From assembly GCA_963771175.1 (NCBI GenBank), contig CAVYSY010000014.1:1-28799 (forward strand): a stretch of 28,799 nt of DNA, written 5' to 3'. The DNA is from an uncultured delta proteobacterium (GTDB lineage: Bacteria; Myxococcota; Myxococcia; Myxococcales; Myxococcaceae). The notes beneath the pieces were generated by a model. The model did not search any database, was not told where the DNA came from, and saw nothing but the letters and a program-made list of their open reading frames with translations. Below are positions 1 through 6,917 of the stretch, piece by piece. Each line of letters opens with the position of its first letter. Position 1 is the stretch's first letter. The translations under genes and the position numbers were made by a program.

Positions 1-146
1 GCGTTGGTGAGCAGCTCAGCGTGGCGTTGTGCGCCCCCTGGGGGAGTCCCTTGATGGTCACGGTGTCTCCGTGATTGAGGGCGCTCGTCGGGCTGATCTC
101 CAGGCTGCTCTGTCCTGCCACATAGCGGACGTGTGATGTTGGCCAT
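1..146 (-). CDS. Small hypothetical protein, 5' part only (runs off the window edge); probable 1-bp frameshift near 130
   Basis: ATG at 146 with GGAG SD (ggagtcccctcaccATG). After MANIT, a one-base shift gives a GC3-rich, beta-like frame VRYVAGQSSLEISPTSALNHGDTVTIKGLPQGAHNATLSC. A sigma-54-like promoter lies just upstream. Confidence 0.5.
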   Translation of the reverse strand, partial: MANITRPLCGRTEQPGDQPDERPQSRRHRDHQGTPPGGAQRHAELLTN

Positions 147-202
147 GGTGAGGGGACTCCCTGTTCCGTTGAGGGTTGTCGGTGAAGACGCATCCGCGAT
201 GG

Positions 203-219
203 TTCAAACCCGGTGCCAG
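203..219 (-). promoter_or_regulatory. Putative sigma-54 -24/-12 promoter for the small gene at <1..146
   Basis: Minus strand reads CTGGCACCGGGTTTGAA versus consensus YTGGCACGNNNNTTGCW. Spacing is correct, but -12 is GA rather than GC. Confidence 0.5.
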
Positions 220-260
220 CCGGGCGGTCGTGAGTGGCTCTGCCGCCAGGACACCTGGAG

Positions 261-291
261 TGTCGCGCGGCATGCCGCCGACATGCCGCCG
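261..291. promoter_or_regulatory. Dyad/direct-repeat element, candidate EBP enhancer (UAS)
   Basis: TGTCG-C-GCGGCATGCCGC-CGACA is a near-perfect palindrome (261-283), with CATGCCGCCG repeated at 271 and 282; about 40-70 bp upstream of the -24 box. Confidence 0.4.
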
Positions 292-321
292 CACGGGGAC
301 GGGGGCTCGCTGACGCCTCGC

Positions 322-1936
322 TCATGACGCCGTGCTCCCGGCCGTCAGCCCCAGCTCCTTGACGCGGCGGTTCAGGGCCCGCTTGGAGACCTCCAGGCGC
401 TGCACCATCTCGTCCAGGTCGCCCCCGCACTCGTGGAAGCAGCGGGTGAGCTCCTCCACGCTCAGGTCCCCCGCGAGGCGGAGGTTCGGGCTGCGCTCGA
501 TGAGGTCATAGATGGAGGAGCGTGGAATCCCCAGGTGGTCGGCGGCCGGCTTGACATCCCAGCCCTGGGAGCGAAGGGCGGCGAGCAGCTCCGGCTCGGT
601 CACCTCGGTGGACTTGCGGCGCGCGGGCTTCGGCTCGGGAGCCTGGGTCGGGTGAGGGCGCCGAGCGGCCATCCAGCTCCTGGGCGAGCCGCGGGTCCAG
701 CTCCAGGCGCGGCTGGCCCCGGCTGCCGATGACGAGCTGCCGCGCCACGTTGCGCAGCTGGCGGATGTTGCCCGGCCAGGGGTGCAGCAGCAGGCGCACG
801 GCGAGCGCCGCCGGCAGCCACGGCTCGGCGTAGGCGTCCCTGGGGGTGAGGTGGTGGGCCTCGCCGAGCGCCTCCAGCTCCTCGCGGGCGAAGTGCAGGA
901 AGAGCGGCGCCGATGTCCTCGCGGCGCTCGCGCAGGGGCGGCAGGCGGATCTCGTAGCCGGCCAGCCGGTGCAGCAGCGGGGCCCGGAAGCGCCCCTCGC
1001 GGATCTGCGTCCTCCAGGTCCGCGTCCGTGGCGGCGACCAGGCGCACGTCGGTGGCCACGGGCGTGCTGGCGCCCACGGGGTACAGCTCTCCCGTCTCCA
1101 GCACGCGCAGCAGCATCACCTGCACCTCGGGAGGAGCCTCGCCCACCTCGTCGAGGAAGAGGGTGCCTCCCTGGGCGGCGCGGAAGAGGCCCTCGCGGTC
1201 TGCGGTCGGCGCCCGGTGAAGGCGCCCTCGCGCGCGCCGAAGAGCTCGGCGGCGGCCAGCTCCTTGGGGATGGCGCCCAGGTTCACGCTGACGAAGCGCC
1301 CGCGCGCCGGCTCCGCTCGTGGAGGGCCTGGGCCACCAGCTCCTTGCCCGTCCCGTCTCGCCTCGGATGAGCACGGGCACGTCCAGGTCCGCCACGCGCT
1401 CGATGTGCCGGCGCACGCGCACCATGGCCGCGCTCTCGCCCACCATGCCCAGCGAGTCCGTTGCGTCGCCTGCGTCAGGAGGGGCCAGGTGCAGCAGCAC
1501 CACCACCCGCCCGGCGAGCTCCAGCGGCACGCCCCGCGCCAGCTCCTCGGGGCCGAACTCCCGGGTGCCTCGCAGCGGCTCACCCGCGCAGGTGCACTTT
1601 CCGTCCTCGCCCGCCACCAGCGCGCACGCGCTCGCCCGAGGGCGCGAACACCACGGGCTTGCGGCTCACGAACGGGTCTCCCAGGGGGAGGCCCAGCGGC
1701 TGGCCGGCGCGGGTGAAGTCCGGCGCGTTGCGGGAGAGCGCCACCTCGCGCCCGGCGAGCAGCCCGTGCAGCAGCAGCCGCTCGCCGGCGCGGGTGGCCG
1801 TGGGGTGGGAGACGAGGGTGAGCGCGGGGACGGGACGGGCGGTGGACGCCTCCTCGCGCGACCCCAGCGCGGTGGCCGTGGACACGTCGGCGGTCGGCGG
1901 GGCGGCGGGGGGCTCGCGGGCTCCGGAGCGGGGCAT
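322..1936 (-). CDS. Sigma-54-dependent enhancer-binding protein (degenerate FHA-like N-terminus, AAA+, tandem HTH); multiple frameshifts
   Basis: Pieces in different frames: VLIRGETG (Walker A), [61 protein letters not shown]-terminal KPAADHLGIPRSSIY and DLDEMVQRLEVSKRAL. Start ATG at 1936. Confidence 0.9.
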
Positions 1937-1966
1937 GGGCTCGACTTTAGTACGACGGCGAGAGCG

Positions 1967-1982
1967 TGGCATGGGGGTTGCT
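1967..1982 (+). promoter_or_regulatory. Sigma-54 -24/-12 promoter for the 2025..3528 genes
   Basis: TGGCATGGGGGTTGCT matches TGGC-N7-TTGC exactly; 42 bp before the ATG at 2025, which has an AGGAG SD; divergent from an EBP gene. Confidence 0.75.
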
Positions 1983-2024
1983 TTGGGGGAGTGCATCCAC
2001 CCGCTGTCTCGCAGGAGCACCACC

Positions 2025-2396
2025 ATGGGCATCGACTCCGTGAAGTTCATCGCCACCAACACCACCTCGTCCAACTGGCTCCCGGGCACGCCGACCCTCG
2101 ACCATGGCAACATCAACCCCGCGAACCCGCCCGTCATCGGGCCCTCGGCGAAGAGCGAGAACCTCTTCGTCGCGCAGGGCAACTTCGGACTGATGGGTGA
2201 CGAGGGCAGCCTGACGTACAGCTGCGGCTCGAGCCCCACCACGGACCAGTTCACCCTGTGGTGGGACCAGCGCTGGGCGAAGTCGAGCGGCCCGGGCGTG
2301 CGCGTGGCCTCCTCCAACTACGTCATCTCGTACCAGACCTCCTTCGACGGCGTGTCGACGTACACCGTCCAGGTCAGCATCGCGCCCAAGAGCTAG
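2025..2396 (+). CDS. 123-aa aegerolysin/crystal-protein ET79-like beta-sandwich protein
   Basis: SD caggag then MGIDSVKFIATNTT...LDHG...NPPVIGP...GDEGSLTY...FTLWWD. The LxHG, PPxIxP, GxEGxxxY, FxLxWD motif order is recalled from aegerolysin/ET79/Cry34-type proteins. High GC3; no signal peptide. Confidence 0.6.
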   Translation: MGIDSVKFIATNTTSSNWLPGTPTLDHGNINPANPPVIGPSAKSENLFVAQGNFGLMGDEGSLTYSCGSSPTTDQFTLWWDQRWAKSSGPGVRVASSNYVISYQTSFDGVSTYTVQVSIAPKS

Positions 2397-2409
2397 CGCG
2401 CCGTGCCCC

Positions 2410-2442
2410 GCGCCCGGCGTGGACATGACTCCCGCCGGGCGC
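2410..2442 (+). other. Intercistronic stem-loop
   Basis: GCGCCCGGCG (2410-2419) pairs with CGCCGGGCGC (2433-2442), with inner GGA/TCC; no U-tract follows. Confidence 0.55.
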
Positions 2443-2499
2443 TCGCCGTACCTCGTTCCTCTGTCCTCCTCGCCACCCCGTTCTCCCAGGAGTCCCTCC

Positions 2500-3528
2500 A
2501 TGACTTCCGCCGCGCTCGCCTCGACCCCCTCCCCCGCGCCGACGCTCGTCGGGCAGATGCTGTGCGCCAGCGTCTACGCCTATGCCATCCAGCCGGATGG
2601 CACGTTCAACGCCTCCTATCCTCCGTATGACGCGGCCTCCGGGCTCTCCAACCCCACGCCCCTCTCCGCGGGTACCGACTCGCTCGATATCAACGCGTGC
2701 CTCGTCGGCATCAGCACCACGCCGAACGCCGTCGTGGTGGCTTTCCGCGGCACGCTGCCGCCGTCGGAGCACAGCGTGGTGACCGCGATTGATTGGCTGA
2801 ACGACTTCTACGCCGCGACCAAGACGGTCCCGGGGATTCCCGGCAGCGTCCACTCCGGCTTCTGGGACGCGCTCGACTCGCTGTGGCCGACGCTGCTGCC
2901 GCAGGTGAAGACGCTGATGCAGGGCAGCGGCGGGACGACGCTGCCGCTCTACATCACCGGCCACAGCAAGGGCGGGGCGATGGCCTCGCTCGCGGCGGTG
3001 CGGTTCTCGCTGCTGGAGGGCATCCAGCCCTCGGCCATCTACACCTTCGCCTCGCCGATGCCGGGCGATGACGTGTTCGCCAACGCGTACCCGTTCAACG
3101 GCATCCACACCCGCTACGAGTACCAGGACGACATCGTCCCGAGCCTCCCGCCGGACGCGACGCTCGTGGGGCTGCTGAAGGACATCCCCGACATCGGCAA
3201 GTACTTCGACTTCATGCAGAACTGGAACTACACGCCGGTGGGGACGCTGCAGTTCATCAACTGGAGCGACCAACTCCAGAGCGACTCCCCGCTGCTGGAG
3301 GCCCAGCGCGTGCTGTCGCTGCTCAAGCTCATGGGGGAGCTGAAGTTCAGCACCATCCTGGGCGACCACGGGGCCGACTGCGGGGACGGGTACATGACGG
3401 TGCTCAACCCCACGGGCGTGTGCACGGTCTCCAAGCCGATGGACATCCTCGGGATGATGGCCGCGCGGGGGCTCGCCGTGGAGGGGCTCCAGGATGCGCG
3501 GGGGCTCAAGCGGCTGACGGGCACCTGA
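2500..3528 (+). CDS. Class 3 lipase (Lipase_3 family), 342 aa
   Basis: VVAFRGT, DWLND, VHSGF, YITGHSKGG (nucleophile Ser), YTFASP, DDIVPSLPP (Asp), GDH (His). SD caggag before ATG 2500. Confidence 0.9.
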   Translation: MTSAALASTPSPAPTLVGQMLCASVYAYAIQPDGTFNASYPPYDAASGLSNPTPLSAGTDSLDINACLVGISTTPNAVVVAFRGTLPPSEHSVVTAIDWLNDFYAATKTVPGIPGSVHSGFWDALDSLWPTLLPQVKTLMQGSGGTTLPLYITGHSKGGAMASLAAVRFSLLEGIQPSAIYTFASPMPGDDVFANAYPFNGIHTRYEYQDDIVPSLPPDATLVGLLKDIPDIGKYFDFMQNWNYTPVGTLQFINWSDQLQSDSPLLEAQRVLSLLKLMGELKFSTILGDHGADCGDGYMTVLNPTGVCTVSKPMDILGMMAARGLAVEGLQDARGLKRLTGT

Positions 3529-3571
3529 TTCGAGACGCGGGCCCCGGCGAGGGGGCCACCAGCTACCCGAT

Positions 3572-4432
3572 TCACATCGTATGGGTCATCGATCTGCTGG
3601 TGTGACTCAAAATAGCGGGGACGACAAGGTCCCAACTGGGCGAAAGCACCAGGTGGCCGCTCTCCGGCAGGACGAGGAGCTCTGCATCGGGAATCTCGGT
3701 TGCCAGCGCCTGACCGTGGTCGAGGGGGAACACGGGATCCTTCTCGCCGTGGATCACCAGCGTGGGCACCTTGAGCTCCGAGAGCCGATGGCGGATCGGC
3801 GCCCCGAGGGCGATGAGGAAGTGATTTGTCTGGCTGGAGGCGATGTTGACGGTACGGTCAACGTCGCGGGCCACCAGGTCGCGCAGGGCCGTCTCGTCAA
3901 AATGTGACGTGCCGCCATCAAAGACTCGTAGCAGCGCGACAATGTGGTTGATCACCGCTTCGCGATCAGACCAGTCGGGTTGTTGGCCTCCCTGAACATG
4001 AGCCAGAAACTCATCAGAGGGCGGCGAGAGGCCGGTGCCACCAGGGCTTGTGGCCATCAGCGTGAGGGACACCACCCGTTCAGGATGGTTGAGGGCAGCC
4101 AGCATGGCGATGCCGCCGCCCATCGACCTGCCCACAAGGTGGGCGTGGCCAAGCTCGAAGACATCGAGCAGCCCGATAGCATCCTCCATGAGGTCGCCCA
4201 TGCTGTATGGCGGAGTTCCCGGCTCGTAGCTTACGGATCGGCCCGTGTCGCGGTGGTCGTAACGAATGACGAACCGAGCACCCGAGGCCAGCCGCTGACA
4301 GAAGTCGTCCTCCCAAGCCAGCATTGATGCCGCTGCTCCGTGGATGAGAAGGATAGAGGGATCCTCCGGGTCGCCGAAGGTCTCCACGCAGATGTCCACC
4401 CCATTGGATCGGACAATCCTGTCGTTGCTCAT
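3572..4432 (-). CDS. Alpha/beta hydrolase (RdmC/proline-iminopeptidase-like esterase), 286 aa
   Basis: ETFGDPEDPSILLIHG, FVIRYDHRDTGRS, GRSMGG nucleophile, VIHGEKDPVFP, ESGH. GGAG SD before ATG 4432. Confidence 0.88.
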   Translation of the reverse strand: MSNDRIVRSNGVDICVETFGDPEDPSILLIHGAAASMLAWEDDFCQRLASGARFVIRYDHRDTGRSVSYEPGTPPYSMGDLMEDAIGLLDVFELGHAHLVGRSMGGGIAMLAALNHPERVVSLTLMATSPGGTGLSPPSDEFLAHVQGGQQPDWSDREAVINHIVALLRVFDGGTSHFDETALRDLVARDVDRTVNIASSQTNHFLIALGAPIRHRLSELKVPTLVIHGEKDPVFPLDHGQALATEIPDAELLVLPESGHLVLSPSWDLVVPAILSHTSRSMTHTM

Positions 4433-4887
4433 GGCTTGCTCCACATTGACGCCCAACGACAAAGGCCAGGGACGGGGCGCTTGCGGCACGTCCCGATAGA
4501 ACGCCTTGTGTGCGCCCAGCATGGGTACGAATTCATGGGGTGAAAGTCCCCTGTGGGAGTACCTCATGCCATTACACACAAGTCCAAAAACACCAATGGA
4601 CTCAACAACATAAGTCAAAGCCGTATTGTTGATTACATATAGAGGAAATGAACGGATGGGCCGCCACGGGCGTGGAGGACCACCGAGCCCTACATTGCGG
4701 CGGGGTGGTCATCTCCGTGCAGGAGCGCAAGACCGTCCACCTGCGCATCGGTCGCCTGCTGAGCTTGCCTCGGTGTGCTACGTTGCATCATGGATGCATG
4801 AGGAGCGGAGGAACTGATGCAGACGGTGGGCGAGAAACGCATCCTCGCGCCGGACCCCACAGGCCCCTCGAAAAGGAGTGAGCACGC

Positions 4888-5256
4888 ATGCGGCATCCGA
4901 TGAAGCTCGGGGTCTGGCGCCCGTTGCTCGCGCTCTTCGGGGGGACACCTTCCCGGTCCTATGTCGACGTGGAGCCGGACATCATCACCTTCCGCTTCGG
5001 CGGCTTCGAGGCCCGGGTCCCGCGTGCGGACATCAGCGGCGCCACACGCACCCACTGGCCCATCCTCGGCGGCATCGGCTGGCGTGTCGGCCCCGGCGCC
5101 GTGGCGCTCATCGGAGCGCGCCAGAACGTCGTCGAGGTGAAGCTCCGGCACCCACACCGGATGAGCGTGCTCCTGCTCCCCATCAATGCTCGCCGGGTGT
5201 TCATCTCCCTCGAGGAGCCGGAGGCCTTCCTCGCCGAACTCGGGCTGGCGGCGTAG
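4888..5256 (+). CDS. Conserved-looking hypothetical protein (possible bacterial PH-like fold)
   Basis: AAGGAG SD, GC3-biased 122-aa ORF; pattern FRFGGFEARVPRADI...GIGWR...ISLEEPEAFLAEL. Confidence 0.7.
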   Translation: MRHPMKLGVWRPLLALFGGTPSRSYVDVEPDIITFRFGGFEARVPRADISGATRTHWPILGGIGWRVGPGAVALIGARQNVVEVKLRHPHRMSVLLLPINARRVFISLEEPEAFLAELGLAA

Positions 5257-5285
5257 GGCAGGCCTGGTCACCTTCCTGGACGGTG

Positions 5286-6140
5286 TCAGCGATTGAACGC
5301 CACGGCGACCGCGTCCGCGAGCGGCGTCGTGGGACGGCCGATGAGGCGGCGCAGGTCGCCGGAGGAGTCGTTCAGCTCGCCGCGAGAAGCACCGACGTCG
5401 GAGTCCGCCAGCACCCCGGCATAGGGCCCCGGCAGACCGGCTCCCTCGAGCACGCCCTGGTACTCCTCGGGCGGCAGGTTGTTGTAGGCAATCGTCCTGC
5501 CGGCCTTGCGCGACACCTCGGCGGCCAGCTCCGCCATCGTGAACGCGTTGTCCCCCGCCAGCTCGTACACCTTGTTCTCATGACCCGAGCCGGTGAGCAC
5601 CGCCGCTGCGGCCGCCGCGTAGTCGGCCCGGGTGGCGGCGGCGATCCGGCCCTCGCCCGCGCTGCCCACGAGCGCGCCGTGCGCCAGCGCCGGCCCCAGG
5701 CTCTCGGTGTAGTTCTCCGTGTACCAGCCGTTGCGCAGGAACACGTACGGCAGGCCGGAGGCGCGAAGGGTCTCCTCGGTGGCCTTGTGCTCCGCGGCCA
5801 GGGCCAGCCGCGAGCGCTCCGCGTGCAGGATGCTCGTATAGGCGAGCAGGCGCACTCCGGCCTTCCTGGCCGCCTCCACCACCGCCTTGTGCTGCGGCGC
5901 CCGCTGCCCGACTTCACTGGAGGAGATGAGCAGCACCTTCTCCGCTCCGGCGAACGCCGGCCCGAGCGTCTCCGGCTGGCTGTAATCCGCCTTGCGGACC
6001 TGGACGCCGCGCGCGGCGAGGTCGGCGGCCTTCTCGGGATTCCGTACGGCCGCGATGAGCTGGCTGGCGGGGACCTTCTTGAGCAACTCCTCGATGACGA
6101 GACGGCCGAGCTTCCCGGTGGCTCCGGTGACGAGAATCAT
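5286..6140 (-). CDS. qorB: NmrA-like NAD(P)H:quinone oxidoreductase (YtfG/QorB family)
   Basis: ILVTGATGKLG, VRNPEKA, ADYSQPETL, LLISSSEVGQR, LRNGWYTENY, YELAGD, LIGRPTTPL. Divergent from an HxlR gene, as in ytfG/ytfH. Confidence 0.9.
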   Translation of the reverse strand: MILVTGATGKLGRLVIEELLKKVPASQLIAAVRNPEKAADLAARGVQVRKADYSQPETLGPAFAGAEKVLLISSSEVGQRAPQHKAVVEAARKAGVRLLAYTSILHAERSRLALAAEHKATEETLRASGLPYVFLRNGWYTENYTESLGPALAHGALVGSAGEGRIAAATRADYAAAAAAVLTGSGHENKVYELAGDNAFTMAELAAEVSRKAGRTIAYNNLPPEEYQGVLEGAGLPGPYAGVLADSDVGASRGELNDSSGDLRRLIGRPTTPLADAVAVAFNR

Positions 6141-6196
6141 GGGGTGCCTCTCCTGGCGTGAAAACTTCGTCGAAACGCGGGACTCACCCTAACGGC

Positions 6197-6233
6197 GGTA
6201 CTAACTTTTAGTAAGTACCTACCTTCAGGTAAG
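6197..6233. promoter_or_regulatory. Two tandem inverted repeats, candidate HxlR/QorR operators
   Basis: GGTACTAACT-TTT-AGTAAGTACC (6197-6219) and CCTACC-TTCA-GGTAAG (6218-6233) in the AT-rich divergent intergenic region. Confidence 0.65.
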
Positions 6234-6241
6234 CTACTGAC

Positions 6242-6676
6242 ATGCCAGCGAACAAGCAGCCCAAGCACCTGCGCAAGGCGATGACGAAGTGGGCCGAGCA
6301 GCGGGGTGACCTCTACGCTCCCGCGTGCCCGTCCCGCGGCGTCCTGGACCACGTCACGAGCCGCTGGGGCGTGCTGGTGCTCGTCGCCCTGCTGGAGGGC
6401 ACGCACCGCTTCAGCGAATTGCGGCGGAAGGTGGCGGGCGTGAGCGAGAAGATGCTCGCCCAGACGCTGCACGCGCTGGAGGAGGACGGCTTCGTGCTCC
6501 GCGAGGTCTACCCGGTGATTCCTCCCCGGGTGGACTACAGCCTCACCCCCATGGGCGAGGAGGTCGCCGGGCACATCGAGGCCCTCACCGACTGGATTGA
6601 GGAGAACCTGCCCCGCATCTTCGCCGCTCGCGCCCAGCACGTCCCCAACCAGAGGGCCACAGCGCCACGCAGGTGA
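6242..6676 (+). CDS. HxlR-family winged-HTH redox regulator (YtfH/QorR-like)
   Basis: CPSRGVLDHVTSRW, RFSELRR, GVSEKMLAQTLHALEEDGFV, PPRVDYSLTPMG; conserved N-terminal Cys. Confidence 0.92.
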   Translation: MPANKQPKHLRKAMTKWAEQRGDLYAPACPSRGVLDHVTSRWGVLVLVALLEGTHRFSELRRKVAGVSEKMLAQTLHALEEDGFVLREVYPVIPPRVDYSLTPMGEEVAGHIEALTDWIEENLPRIFAARAQHVPNQRATAPRR

Positions 6677-6917
6677 CACTCATCGGGCGAGCCGCACGGA
6701 ATCCAACCGTGCCGCCCGCCCGCCTGTCTGTGCGGGCATGTATGCCGTGCACGAGACAACGAAAGCGCGCATAGCGCCACGCTCCCACACTCCCCGTGCC
6801 GACGCGCCATTCCTAGCTCTACGGCCTCACGCGAAGTGCGTGCCTCGAACAAGGGGGATGGCTGTGGGACTGGAACACGCGACGCTCCGAGGCATCCTGC
6901 GGCACACGGGCCCGCTC

